Positions 19,575-30,602 of a stretch of DNA of 59,737 nt are shown in pieces. This DNA comes from a virus (taxonomy: Duplodnaviria > Caudoviricetes): the IMG/VR virus record IMGVR_UViG_3300025889_000127, positions 1 to 59,737 of that record; one strand, 5' to 3'. The notes below the pieces were generated by a model. The model searched no databases. It was not told the DNA's origin and was given only the letters and a program-made list of their open reading frames with translations. Positions within the stretch are counted from its first letter, which is position 1; each line of letters begins with the position of its first letter. A program made the position numbers and the translations under genes.

Positions 19575-22500
19575 TTAGAAGCCTTCTCTGTTGTCAATAC
19601 CTGGAAGTCCGCCAACACCTACACCACCAGGCAATCGTTGTTGTACTTCTTCCTGGAGTCTGTCAGCAACAGCTTCTGCTTCTGTATTCTCTCTGTCCAA
19701 CTCTGGGCGGAAGCCGATCTTGGTGTTTATCTTCCCGAGTTCAATGAGTGAACAATAGTCATAAGGCCAGTTGTAAGTTGGGTCTTCCAAGCGATGCTTG
19801 TAGATGTATATGTTTTTAGAGAACTCATCACGATCTCTGAGGATCTGTGCTGTCTGCTCTTCTGACAAGCCCTGACCGATCAATACCTGTCGATAAGCAT
19901 CGTAAGTAAATGCTGCATCGCCCTCAACCTCTTCTACGATCATCTGAGAGTAATCACCGATGCCTCGCTCCTTGACCTTGAAGACAAGCCACTTGATGTC
20001 TGGGAAGAGACCAAGCTTATCAGGGAACTTAGCAACATCTAAAAGATCATAACGTGGGTGACCGCTTCTTTGGGCTCCCAAGTTTAGTTGCTGTTTTAGG
20101 ACCTCTGGGAACCTTGTTACTTCTTCCTCTACATTGTCACCTGGCATATAGTGATCTACTGCTGCTAGGCTTGTGGAGAACTTAGTTGATAGGTCTGGCA
20201 TAATGCCCTGCCAGATGTCGGCAAGATCTTGTCTTGTAAGATTTACTTTATGTTCCATCAAATAGACGACTGGAGTTTCTGCCATTGATTCGCCAGAAAG
20301 AATGGAGTCATAATCATCGCCACCAAATGGATTGATCAAGTCAGGTATGTTTGGATACCCACGAGGAACCATTCCCAACAACTTAGATGAAAGTGATGGT
20401 GGCAAGGAGAACTTAGTGAACTGCTTTCTGAACTGTTTGATCTTTGGACCAAGCTTGTCAGCAGGAGCCTGGAGTGTTATGAGTCTTGGCTTTTGCTCCT
20501 TGTCAATGTAGAACGGAAGTGCAAGGATTGCTTCGGACATAGACTTTTCATTGTCTTCCGCAAGTTCGCCGATTCGCTTAGCTTTTGTTGGGTCAAAGCC
20601 GCTGCGGATAATCTCATCGGGATCAAAGCCAACCAAGTCAGCCAAAGACCTAACGGTTCTGTTTGCATCCTTGACAAACTTTGGAATCTTGCTTACATAC
20701 TTGTATGCGACCTCTGTATCTGAAACAGGGGCTGATCCGATTGCCACGTAGTCATATTCTTCACCCTCTCCGTTTGGAATATCTTTGATATAGAGATATG
20801 TTCCCTGGTTATTGTTTGGCATCACGCCGTACTGGTGCCACATACCCTGTGTTTCTTGGGTGTATTCACCTGGCGTTACTGAAGAGGAGAACTCATAAAT
20901 ATCTATTGGGTTATCTCTATTTGGGAAGTCCAGAGTTGGGCATTCCCATTTTGGCATAATCACCCACTTGTTTGGATCAAATGATTTATATGTTCCGCCA
21001 CCATCGATTGGGAACTCGTTACCAATAGTAATGGAAGCGTCGATATCCATTCGGTTTTGCCAAGCACGGTTCCAGCCGTAGTCTGGGCTTGCTGTTGTGG
21101 TTACATCGTTTCCATCCCTATCCACAAAGGAGCCAGATGTTACGTCGTAGTAGCTGCCGCTTTCATTAAGGAAGCTGACAAATACTTCACCACGGTCGTT
21201 GTTAATAATCTCATCGAGATTGTATTCAGTCTTATCACCGATTGGAATGAATGTGATTCGAGCTACTGAAGGACCGTAATAGTGTGGTGGAGTAAATGGA
21301 GCAAACTCACCACGGCTCTTAGGCCAGTCAGAACCTGATGGTAGTTGATCTGGCGTCAAGGAACTCCAAGCAACTGAACCTGTAGCTGTTGGAATACCGA
21401 AAGCGTAAGGATTGCTATAGAAGTTGAAGTCTTCTGTTTTGAGAAGACCAATCTCCATCATATATGCTGATCTATTCTCTACAGTGACAGTTCTTACAGG
21501 ATCATCTGTTTCACCGCCAGCTTTTGGAGGGGAGCCAAACTGAGATACAAACTTGGTCAAGTAGCCGTTTGATCCATATTTGTTTTCCTTCTTTTTGAGG
21601 AAGAACTTAGGAACGTTAGCCAAGAAGTTGGATACTGCCTTCTTATACAAAGAATCGTCCAAACTCTTGTTACTTATGGACCCGCTAGCATCCAAAGCCA
21701 ATAAACTGTTGATGTCAGATAGTACGGTTGGGTTTTCAAAGCCAAGCTTCAAAGCTTCAGCAGGGTCTAGAATAGCTTCAAATGGTAGTCTATCAGCCCA
21801 GAAGAACTTGTTTGCGTCGGTGGTTGCCCACTCAGCATTCATAACATTTCTTCTTCCACCTGCTGGGATACTGCCTTCAGAAGTTAGTGAAGTCAATGTA
21901 CCGCTCAAACAACCTGTTAGAGGATCTGATGAACTTACTGGAACAACTTCAAATTGTGTGTCGTTTCTACCAGATCTTCTGATTGGGTAATCAACAGCGA
22001 CACCAGACTTGATTGTGTTGTACATAATCCCTGGGGAGTAAAATGGTCTCAAGACTGATCGCCAGGAAGCAGTGTTTGCAGAGTCGGCACCAGTTATGAC
22101 AGCGTTTGGACCATAGGATGAACTAAACAAAGCTGCCAAGTCCAAAGTTCTATCTACTGGATAGAAACCATTGTATGGCAAAAGTTTGACGACAGCTTCT
22201 GAGTTGATCTCAAAGTGCCTTGGGTACTTGTTGAAGATGTAGTTTCTGTCACCTTCGTTTGTTGGCATAAAGTCTTCTAGGAACTCAATGTCGTCAGTTT
22301 GTGAGAATCTTTCATAGAAGAATGGGTTTGTGCCATCGAAGTTATTATTGTTTGCTCCCGTAATTTCAAGGGAAGCTGAAATAATAGAGAACAAAGATCC
22401 TTGCTGTTCATATTCAGCAATGTGCTCACTGACTCTAAACTCTGGAATGATTGTGTGATCTTTGGCTGCAAGTCTGATGTCTTTTGCAAACTCTTCGTAT

Positions 22501-25500
22501 GTGTTATAGAAAGGATACTGAGCAGTTGCTAGTGCTCCCTTATTTGTTCCATCAACATAGCGACGCTCGATGCCAGCAGTCCAAGCTGGTCGTGTATATG
22601 CAGAACCTGGAGAGCGAGGCTCAGGGCGCTCACCGCCAGGACGAGTGGTTGCATCTACGCCACCAGCAAAAGCGACCTGTGTTACGTCGCCACTTGTAAT
22701 AGCAGTTCCAGTTATCGCTGTGCCATTGATAGCGGTACCAGCAACGTCAGCAACGATTGTCATAGTATCACTGACAGCGCCAGGATCTTGGGCAGTCACG
22801 TCGATCTCGGAGTTGAGCTTGCACAAAGTTACTGAGTTGTACACTGCATTGATAACTTCGTTTGTTGTGGACACCCCAAGGACGCCGATCTTATAGTTTG
22901 TAGCATCAACTCTCAAAAGAGCGGAGTCTGGAGCGAGTGTCTGATCAAACGTAAAGGTGACCGTAAAGACCCCTGTGCTTATGACAATAGTTTGGGCGTC
23001 CAAAATACTTGGTGTGGTTTCTACGGCAGTCAAAGATGCCTGAGCAGCAACTGCTGGGACTGGTATGTCAGCGACAGTAGTAACTGGGACATTGTAAACA
23101 TACTGAGCAGAGTTGACACTAGATGTTTGATATGAACCTGTTCCGTCTGTGTATGTTGAGTTTGTTATCCCATCATTCACTGTTCCGTAGTGTGTCATCA
23201 TCAACTCGCCACAAGGCATTGTTGCTGCATCCGCCAACAAAACAGGAGCAGATGCTGTGAGAATAGTGGACAATGATTCTACAGAGTCAGCGTACATATA
23301 AGAATCCATAGGCCAGATTGATGCTGATCCTGGTCCTGTAGCTAGCTGGAAGGCTGGATCAAGATCATTGTACGGAGTCTGTTCGGAAGCCTGGACAACA
23401 TAACCCTGAGAAGTTGTGAATGGAGCTTCAATCCTTGGAAGCTGTCGAACATAAGTTGACTGATTTAGTGGATTGAGAAGATCACTATAATCTGTAAAAG
23501 CGCTTACGTCATAACTTGATACACTGGAGTCGTTCTTCCAGAAATCATTTGCAAATGAAAGTCTTGCTCTAGATCCTGACAGATATGTGTAGATCTCTTT
23601 TGGATAGATTGTCTCAGAGTATGAGAATACTTTTATTAAGTCTGTTCCGCTAATTGAGCGAGACGCTTCTGGTACAAACTGTTCTCTCAAGATTTCATAT
23701 GGTCTCTTGATTGTTCCGTAGGAGAACTTGGTCTTCCCTTGGATGAGTCTGTTTAGCTCTCTGTTAGCAAAACCCATCAAGTCGTTGCCGTAGCTGTACT
23801 TAAGGCTGACGGTTGTCATCTCGTTGGATGTTTTAGATGGGGTTCCCAAAGGTGTTCTAATCTGGTGGACCAGTGGCTTGTATCTTGAAGTTACTGGTGG
23901 CTCTCTGAGAGACACTGAGTAATAGTAGTTTGATACGTTGCCCTTCCTGTCGGTTACCTGGCGGGCTCTGGTTGCGAATGTTCCACGGCTGCCATCAGCG
24001 AATGAACGCTCAGCAATGCCTGTACCTGCTTGATTTCCCTCAACTATTTGAGGAAGAAGTTCGTATGTGTTGTTCTTGGTATAGAACTTAGCATATGGAT
24101 TTTCAGAGTTGCTGATCTGCTTCCAAGGCACGAAGTCACGGTTGTTGCCCCACTTGAACTGACTCTGTAGAGACAAGTTAGCCTCAGTGGCAGAATCAAA
24201 TGTAGCTTCTGTGACAGGATTTTGGGAAGCAAAAGAAATGTTTTCAGGATATCTTGAACGTAAAGAGATATACTCATCATATACTGTAGAGTTATCAGCG
24301 CCAGACAAGTAGGATGTCCACTGTGCTCTGTCGGCAGCAGGAACAGGACGTGTAACGAGAGCATTATCAAAAATACTGGCTGTCACAACTGTCAATGCTG
24401 GGAAGGTTTCGCCGATCCTCAACTGCTTCACGCCGTTTCGCTGAACCTTGTGAACAGATGGGATGGTTGTACTTCCGCTTTCATAGCCACCAAAGTCAGA
24501 ATGGTTTTTCAAATCTTCGTTGTGAGGAAGACGAACAACAATGTTTCTGAATGGTAGCGCATTGTTTGGAGAGAACTGATCCGAGTTAACATCTCTGAAC
24601 TGTTGTTTAGAATCTTCTTTGGATCCAGGAGCAGAGAACCTGTCCACAATGATAGTTTCGTTTGTTCTTCTCGAAGCTACTTGTCTTGGAGCAGGGTAAT
24701 CTGCGGAACCTGTTAGACCAGCACTACGACGAGCAGGTGTTGTTATGAAAGCACTTGGTGCAGTGTAGTTGTAGTTTTCATTTGTGAAAACAAAGTCCAT
24801 GTTTGTCTGGGACCTGTCATTACCCTGCACAACTTCATAATATTTTGAGTAGTTACCAACTTCTCTTACACCTTGATCATCCGTGTGACCAGAAGTTACG
24901 GTCTTGATGTTTTGGATGTTTACCGGCGATTTCGAAGCCAAGCCTCTTAGGTATTGACCTTTAGGAGTATTTTCGACGGTAAGAGTTGTTATTGAACCAG
25001 TGCCCGAGGTGATTGATAAACTATATTCCTCGGCTCTATCTGTTGTTCTAAATGGTGCAATGTGCCTTGCTTGGATACCACCTACCCAGCGCTCTGTGAA
25101 GGGACCCTGCATTGGCACACTGTGACGGTAAGGATGTACCGAATCTTCGTGGATATTTGTAAGACTGATACCTGTAAGACCGTCGGCAATAAGTGAGGCA
25201 TTGTAACCAGTTGTGACACTGGAACTCAACGCTGTGAATGGAGTTACAAGGTTGCCCTTGTAGTTTACGCCATCCTTTGTGGCACGGAAAGCAATCTTCC
25301 TCTTTTCGTTTGGTACGAACTCGTCACTGCAATCTTCTAGAGATTCGAATCTATCAAAAGTTAGATCCCTAAGTCTTCTCTTTTTGCTGAGGTCTTGGTT
25401 GGTGCCACCATAATATGGAGGAAGGATCTTGGCTGACAAACATACGACAGAGTTAAAGTTATGATCTGTGTTTGCTGGGTCGTTGCTTCCAACATCTCTT

Positions 25501-28500
25501 GAGAGAGCGTTTAAGACAGCGTTTCTTGTTACTAGGACTCCGCCTGTTGCTTCAAGAGGTGAGACGTTTCTCTCTGCACGGGTTCTCCACCAAGTACAGT
25601 TTTCATCTTCACGTCCTGAAACAGGGTGGTGATTCTTGCCCCAACCAACAGCATCCAAACAGACGCTGCCTCTGGTTGCACCTAGGATTCCGCCGCCACC
25701 GCCTGGGTGTCTGTCTCTGAGTATAGAGACCTTATGCCTGATCTTTGGTCGCTCAAGTACGTGATTTTCCACAACTTTGCGGACATCACTAGCGTGGCGA
25801 GCAGATTCTGGGAAGAACTCCTCAATAACTTGGTTCATTGAAGTGTCTAGCCACTTATAGTAGTCAACGTACTTCTCTAGGTCAGGGATATCATTCTTTA
25901 CTTTTCTAAAGAATATTTCTCTTACTTTTTCCATTCGCTTGTAGTCTAAGCGATACTTGTTTACTGGCTCACCGATTAAGTTATTGAAGTCTTCAATACT
26001 AGCAAAGAGTTCTAGCATCCTGTTTGAGATGCTTCGATACATACTTCTTTCTACAGCAAAGTAGAAAGTCTCTGGTCGTGTGTAGATTCCAAAGGTGTTC
26101 TCGTCAGCACTAAGAGCCTTGACCATCTCTTCGCCGCCAACATACTCAGGAACCTGAAGTTTGTCAACATAAACGTAAGCTTTTCTTACGGGAGTGAAGT
26201 TGGCACTGAAGAAGTCACCACGACCTGTGTGTTGTCGTAAGTTAAAGTTACTGAATGTGCTCCCTTGGTATTCGGCAGGATAATCGCCAGCGGCTGAACC
26301 TGAGGAGAAGTCAGAGACTGTAAATCTACCAGAAGCGTCACTGCCTGTGATGTTTGCAAAATCCCAGTTGAGAGCTAATGTTTGAATCTCTGGAATATAA
26401 ACTCCAGGATTGTTTGCTTGGAATGAATACGCATTTTGAGATGGTCGGAGGCGACCGTAAGTATCTGTTTCCTTAGCTTGTAGATCTAAAGTACCTGTTG
26501 GAAGGTAGTCAGACCAGAATCGGATACTTGATGCTCGAACATCAGTGTTGTTGACCACACTGCCAGTGAAGTTTGTTCTGTGAGCGCCAGCGTAGATTCT
26601 CTTGTTTGATTTTACAATCGCAGAACCGTCGTTATAAGAAACAGGTGCGGAAGCCAAAAAGCTGTTTCGCTTTATCCCAGTATCGTAGTTGACGCCGTAT
26701 AGTTCTAGTGTATATCCGTCTGATGCTACAGAAGCGCCATTGATGCCATCATTGAATGGGTACTTCTTGGGACGCAAAGAAAGTGTCAAGTTCCACTTTT
26801 GGTTATCATATACATCGTTGAATATCGAACTTGTTAGAAGTGTTGTACCAGCACGATCCTGTACGAGGAAGTAACCATCACGGACAAGATAATCAGGCTG
26901 ATAGACTTTTGCATACTCGCCTGGAGACCTTATAAGGAAAATCTGAAGACCATGGTCATTGCCAGCAGTTTCCCAAGTTAAGTCAGTTGATGTCTGGTCT
27001 GTATCTAGTGGTGTGTGGAAACCCATAATAGAAGATGTCAAAACTCTTGGCATATCGTATGGCAAAAGTTGAGGATTGTCTTTATTTGGGAAGACTACTT
27101 CACCCTGCAATGAAAAAGCAAACTCTTCAATATCAGAGGAGCCAGTTATGAAACCTCTTGAGTTAGCGTTTCCAGACTCTGGATACTGATAAACAGTTGC
27201 TTCGTCGTCAGCTTGTTGTAGCAGACCTGTGAAGTCAGCAAACTTCTTAGTACTTGTTGTGGAAAGATAGTTGCTCTTGATCTCAAAGTCTGAGTTGTCT
27301 GGATATGTGTTTAGAGCTATAATCTCTTCACTTACACCTAAACACCTAATGAAGTTTCTTATTGATTTTTCTGTGCCCTTGGACTTGAGAATAAAGGCAA
27401 GGTTGTTGTAGATGTTCTTATAGATCGAGTTCTTAACTTCAACAAGCCTGTTGTCAAAGTTTATCTGCTCGTCTCTTTGTAAAAACTGCTGCAATGTTCC
27501 AGCGTTTTGGAAGAACTCTGGCATCTCAAGACCCATAGACTCGACAAGTCTGTCATTGTATGGGTATTCATTTATTGAAGAGTCTAAGCTGCCGCTAATG
27601 TATTTTACGTGTTTTAGGCTCTTGAGTGCTGTGAGTTGATTATAAAGAGTATCAAAATAGCTTGCAATGATCTGTGTTACGTTCGCAAGCTCATTAGCAC
27701 CCTGTTCCTCAGTCTCGATAATCCAGTTAGGGAAGTGATTCAATAATCTTGCATTATTATTGTAGTCGTAGTTACTACCAGACAAAATGTATCTAGAGCG
27801 AGTGGTGCTATAAACTGGATTAGTTGTTCTGACGATTGGGTCGCCGATCTCAACAACTGACTCTAAGTTGAGTGAGTTAATGGCTGAGCCTGTGTCCCTA
27901 CTCCTTGTTGAATCGTACCCTACAAACAAACCGTTGGACAGACGCCCTGAGTAATCTAAACAAACTTGATCGATGCTATCTGTTTGTGTGATGCCCTCAT
28001 TAAACTTAAGATATACACCTAGAGAGACGTTAGCATCATATGAATCGGTTCCACCACCAACATTGTCAAACCAGTATCTGCCGATCTGCTCGTCGTTTCG
28101 ATTTGCCTTCCAAAACCTGAACTCGTCAACGGAGCCAGAAAGTTTACCGTAGCCCTGAGCCGCACCTGGAAGCCCTGAGACATCAGTTCTTAGAGCGCCG
28201 ATGTTACCGATCATTGAGCCAGTTACGAGGCCTATGTCACCGACTGCGCCACCAATACCTGTTTCTACGCAAGTTCCGTTGACGAAAAAGTCGATTGTTG
28301 GGGAGGACCCAGAAGTATTGAAGACAAAGGAGAAGTTTCTGAATGTTCCGTCAGAAATAGTCTGACCACCAGCAGACGGTACCTGAACGTTTGTGAAGCC
28401 ATTTGAGCCTGACTTCATAGTAACATAGAATCGGTCTTCAGATCCTGATACAAGTTCTATTCTTAGCCGACCATAATCTGCTGCTGTTGTAGCAGACCCG

Positions 28501-29093
28501 TTCCAAAGATCGAAAACTACTTGTCTTTCGGATTCAGTAGAAGAGTCAATCAAGTCATTTTTACGAAGGAAGAACTCTACTGTGTTTCCATAAGTTCCAC
28601 CGAACTCCAGGTTTGAAGTTCTATTTTTTGCTTCGTTGTAAATAGATCCTGAGTGTGGTCCGCCCTTGATCTGAATATATTCTGCGGAGGCAGAGTAATA
28701 ACCTGAAGGGTTGGTGGTTATTGCTCCATAGTCTGAACCTAGTGTCACAAAACCAGTTGAGGTTGGGTATATGTCTTCTAAAACATATTTCTCTAGTGGA
28801 TTTATCTTATTGTAAAATTCTACCCTTTCAAGATTTGATCCGTCATAGGGATAGTAGTTTGCAATGTAATCAAAAGCATTTCTATAATACTCTTCCGCTG
28901 AGCCAAATCTTACAAAGTTCTCAGGGTCTGAATAATCTACAGGGGGAAGAAAATAATCACGCTTTTCTACCGCTTGTTGAAGGTGTTCGGCGGACTCTAT
29001 TCCGTCTCCAAGAGAATCTGGAGAACCAAGCTTTAAGAATTTTCCAACAGTAACGATTTGTTTGTTATTGTCAAATAGTTTTTTTACGCTCAT
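19575..29093 (-). CDS. Giant baseplate wedge-like protein (3172 aa) with LamG-like domains and a T4 gp7/P2 gpI-like segment
   Basis: TVEFFL...SGSVDEFRFWK..R (LamG-like); NNLAFILKSKGTEKSIRNFIRCLG (KGT..SI motif of gpI/gp7-type wedge proteins); two genes downstream of gp6. Confidence 0.75.
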   Translation of the reverse strand: MSVKKLFDNNKQIVTVGKFLKLGSPDSLGDGIESAEHLQQAVEKRDYFLPPVDYSDPENFVRFGSAEEYYRNAFDYIANYYPYDGSNLERVEFYNKINPLEKYVLEDIYPTSTGFVTLGSDYGAITTNPSGYYSASAEYIQIKGGPHSGSIYNEAKNRTSNLEFGGTYGNTVEFFLRKNDLIDSSTESERQVVFDLWNGSATTAADYGRLRIELVSGSEDRFYVTMKSGSNGFTNVQVPSAGGQTISDGTFRNFSFVFNTSGSSPTIDFFVNGTCVETGIGGAVGDIGLVTGSMIGNIGALRTDVSGLPGAAQGYGKLSGSVDEFRFWKANRNDEQIGRYWFDNVGGGTDSYDANVSLGVYLKFNEGITQTDSIDQVCLDYSGRLSNGLFVGYDSTRSRDTGSAINSLNLESVVEIGDPIVRTTNPVYSTTRSRYILSGSNYDYNNNARLLNHFPNWIIETEEQGANELANVTQIIASYFDTLYNQLTALKSLKHVKYISGSLDSSINEYPYNDRLVESMGLEMPEFFQNAGTLQQFLQRDEQINFDNRLVEVKNSIYKNIYNNLAFILKSKGTEKSIRNFIRCLGVSEEIIALNTYPDNSDFEIKSNYLSTTSTKKFADFTGLLQQADDEATVYQYPESGNANSRGFITGSSDIEEFAFSLQGEVVFPNKDNPQLLPYDMPRVLTSSIMGFHTPLDTDQTSTDLTWETAGNDHGLQIFLIRSPGEYAKVYQPDYLVRDGYFLVQDRAGTTLLTSSIFNDVYDNQKWNLTLSLRPKKYPFNDGINGASVASDGYTLELYGVNYDTGIKRNSFLASAPVSYNDGSAIVKSNKRIYAGAHRTNFTGSVVNNTDVRASSIRFWSDYLPTGTLDLQAKETDTYGRLRPSQNAYSFQANNPGVYIPEIQTLALNWDFANITGSDASGRFTVSDFSSGSAAGDYPAEYQGSTFSNFNLRQHTGRGDFFSANFTPVRKAYVYVDKLQVPEYVGGEEMVKALSADENTFGIYTRPETFYFAVERSMYRSISNRMLELFASIEDFNNLIGEPVNKYRLDYKRMEKVREIFFRKVKNDIPDLEKYVDYYKWLDTSMNQVIEEFFPESARHASDVRKVVENHVLERPKIRHKVSILRDRHPGGGGGILGATRGSVCLDAVGWGKNHHPVSGREDENCTWWRTRAERNVSPLEATGGVLVTRNAVLNALSRDVGSNDPANTDHNFNSVVCLSAKILPPYYGGTNQDLSKKRRLRDLTFDRFESLEDCSDEFVPNEKRKIAFRATKDGVNYKGNLVTPFTALSSSVTTGYNASLIADGLTGISLTNIHEDSVHPYRHSVPMQGPFTERWVGGIQARHIAPFRTTDRAEEYSLSITSGTGSITTLTVENTPKGQYLRGLASKSPVNIQNIKTVTSGHTDDQGVREVGNYSKYYEVVQGNDRSQTNMDFVFTNENYNYTAPSAFITTPARRSAGLTGSADYPAPRQVASRRTNETIIVDRFSAPGSKEDSKQQFRDVNSDQFSPNNALPFRNIVVRLPHNEDLKNHSDFGGYESGSTTIPSVHKVQRNGVKQLRIGETFPALTVVTASIFDNALVTRPVPAADRAQWTSYLSGADNSTVYDEYISLRSRYPENISFASQNPVTEATFDSATEANLSLQSQFKWGNNRDFVPWKQISNSENPYAKFYTKNNTYELLPQIVEGNQAGTGIAERSFADGSRGTFATRARQVTDRKGNVSNYYYSVSLREPPVTSRYKPLVHQIRTPLGTPSKTSNEMTTVSLKYSYGNDLMGFANRELNRLIQGKTKFSYGTIKRPYEILREQFVPEASRSISGTDLIKVFSYSETIYPKEIYTYLSGSRARLSFANDFWKNDSSVSSYDVSAFTDYSDLLNPLNQSTYVRQLPRIEAPFTTSQGYVVQASEQTPYNDLDPAFQLATGPGSASIWPMDSYMYADSVESLSTILTASAPVLLADAATMPCGELMMTHYGTVNDGITNSTYTDGTGSYQTSSVNSAQYVYNVPVTTVADIPVPAVAAQASLTAVETTPSILDAQTIVISTGVFTVTFTFDQTLAPDSALLRVDATNYKIGVLGVSTTNEVINAVYNSVTLCKLNSEIDVTAQDPGAVSDTMTIVADVAGTAINGTAITGTAITSGDVTQVAFAGGVDATTRPGGERPEPRSPGSAYTRPAWTAGIERRYVDGTNKGALATAQYPFYNTYEEFAKDIRLAAKDHTIIPEFRVSEHIAEYEQQGSLFSIISASLEITGANNNNFDGTNPFFYERFSQTDDIEFLEDFMPTNEGDRNYIFNKYPRHFEINSEAVVKLLPYNGFYPVDRTLDLAALFSSSYGPNAVITGADSANTASWRSVLRPFYSPGIMYNTIKSGVAVDYPIRRSGRNDTQFEVVPVSSSDPLTGCLSGTLTSLTSEGSIPAGGRRNVMNAEWATTDANKFFWADRLPFEAILDPAEALKLGFENPTVLSDINSLLALDASGSISNKSLDDSLYKKAVSNFLANVPKFFLKKKENKYGSNGYLTKFVSQFGSPPKAGGETDDPVRTVTVENRSAYMMEIGLLKTEDFNFYSNPYAFGIPTATGSVAWSSLTPDQLPSGSDWPKSRGEFAPFTPPHYYGPSVARITFIPIGDKTEYNLDEIINNDRGEVFVSFLNESGSYYDVTSGSFVDRDGNDVTTTASPDYGWNRAWQNRMDIDASITIGNEFPIDGGGTYKSFDPNKWVIMPKWECPTLDFPNRDNPIDIYEFSSSVTPGEYTQETQGMWHQYGVMPNNNQGTYLYIKDIPNGEGEEYDYVAIGSAPVSDTEVAYKYVSKIPKFVKDANRTVRSLADLVGFDPDEIIRSGFDPTKAKRIGELAEDNEKSMSEAILALPFYIDKEQKPRLITLQAPADKLGPKIKQFRKQFTKFSLPPSLSSKLLGMVPRGYPNIPDLINPFGGDDYDSILSGESMAETPVVYLMEHKVNLTRQDLADIWQGIMPDLSTKFSTSLAAVDHYMPGDNVEEEVTRFPEVLKQQLNLGAQRSGHPRYDLLDVAKFPDKLGLFPDIKWLVFKVKERGIGDYSQMIVEEVEGDAAFTYDAYRQVLIGQGLSEEQTAQILRDRDEFSKNIYIYKHRLEDPTYNWPYDYCSLIELGKINTKIGFRPELDRENTEAEAVADRLQEEVQQRLPGGVGVGGLPGIDNREGF

Positions 29094-30601
29094 TTATCTT
29101 CTTCTTTTATCTTGAACTTGAACACCTCAGGTTGTTCTTTGTACTTACCCTGTAAATAGTATGCAAATGTAATTCCATATGCATACCCTGGCTCTAAACA
29201 GGAAGTATCAAGTTCAAAATAACTGCCGCTCACATCATAAGACAATCTACTAAAGTTATTATTAGCACTTCCAGTGCCGTATGGGATAACTTCTAGGTTG
29301 TCAACAACACGATGTATTCGGAAGTAAGAATCTTCTACAATGCTTGGCATTGTTTCAGCAGTAGCAACTGTATAAATGTTGGGCTGCCAGTTTTTCTTTC
29401 TAGCAAAAACTCTAATAGTTGGCTTCTGCCCTTGAGTATAAGAGTCTTCAAGATTTGTCACTGAGGTGATGTATTCTTCTGAATAGAGATTGTCAGAAGT
29501 ATCTATCTGTCTTGGTTCATAAGAGCCTGTATAGAAGTTTATTCTTGCTGCCCCTGATCCTGTGTGCCAGACATCAAAGGTAGGATCGAATGAACTGGTT
29601 GAAGCGAACGAAGCTGTATAAATACCTGTTACAGCAACGCCATTCTCAACTAACCTCTTAGCCTTAACACTTGTGACTGATGTTCCATTTTTATCAACAA
29701 CTGACAAAGCATTGCCTGCTGGCGTTGTGCTTCCAGAATAAATCTCAACAGATAAGCTATGATTGTCAAGACCTGGGATTTCTTTTAGTTGTCCCCTCAC
29801 GACGTTGTAAAGGAATAAGGTGTTCAAGTTATCTTCTGAACTTGCGATGCTACTGCTAAGAGTAAAGTTACCTCGGTTATCTCGTCTTGTAGAGTCCCAC
29901 CTTGCCTCAAGAGTTGGTCTATAGTGAAAGTATTCACTTGTTCTTGAGAAGAACCTCTTAGTATAAAATGAGTTAGAGCTAGATACTGCTGTGTCTTGGA
30001 ACTTGATCAAGAAACCATAGTTCTGATCTGTTCCGTCAACCCACCTTGTTACTGGATCTGTAACATCAAGTGATAAGTTCTCAAGACCTGTATCGAAGTA
30101 GAATGTTTTTTGTGTTGCCCCAGCAGCAAGGTAGTCGCCACCTGCCTTAGTCCAGTCATTTCCTGAACTTTTCTTAATCCAGTTGGAAACGCCTAGGTCT
30201 GTGTAGTTTTCCATATCCAAGCCACGACCTTCGGTCCAGGCTCCTGCTAGAGAATAAACATCAAGTGTATAATCTAAAGGAGTGCTGTCACCGTGTGGAG
30301 CATTATAAAGATTCAAGTGAAACTTTATCTGACTTACATCAGATGGCAAGTCGCCAGATGCCATATCAGAAATGATATCTGAGACTGGGAACTGAATGAG
30401 GATCCTGCTCTGTTCGGCAGCATTAGCGTTTGCTTCTGTTTCTCCTGCCGAAAGTTCATCATTTGTTTGTCCGTGAATGACAAAAGCTTCTAGAATATCA
30501 GAAGCACCCATATTAGACCCAGTGCCTCTTGTCAAGAGATTATCTTTAAAAGCGTTTGTGATAGTGTTATCTTTTGAAGCGTAGTATTTCTTTATGCCCA
30601 T
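29090..30601 (-). CDS. Baseplate-associated protein with a DNRLRE/CBM96-like domain
   Basis: ASKDNTI...SRILIQF...WTEGRG...W...GGD...DVT..V..W....NYGFLIK...FFSR......PTL pattern. Confidence 0.65.
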   Translation of the reverse strand: MGIKKYYASKDNTITNAFKDNLLTRGTGSNMGASDILEAFVIHGQTNDELSAGETEANANAAEQSRILIQFPVSDIISDMASGDLPSDVSQIKFHLNLYNAPHGDSTPLDYTLDVYSLAGAWTEGRGLDMENYTDLGVSNWIKKSSGNDWTKAGGDYLAAGATQKTFYFDTGLENLSLDVTDPVTRWVDGTDQNYGFLIKFQDTAVSSSNSFYTKRFFSRTSEYFHYRPTLEARWDSTRRDNRGNFTLSSSIASSEDNLNTLFLYNVVRGQLKEIPGLDNHSLSVEIYSGSTTPAGNALSVVDKNGTSVTSVKAKRLVENGVAVTGIYTASFASTSSFDPTFDVWHTGSGAARINFYTGSYEPRQIDTSDNLYSEEYITSVTNLEDSYTQGQKPTIRVFARKKNWQPNIYTVATAETMPSIVEDSYFRIHRVVDNLEVIPYGTGSANNNFSRLSYDVSGSYFELDTSCLEPGYAYGITFAYYLQGKYKEQPEVFKFKIKEEDK

Positions 30602-30602
30602 T

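Noticed and set aside
19575-29093. Intein or intron in the 3172-aa protein
   Set aside because: No intein block A, terminal HN-(C/S/T) splice context or LAGLIDADG motifs were recognised. The inserted block looks structural.
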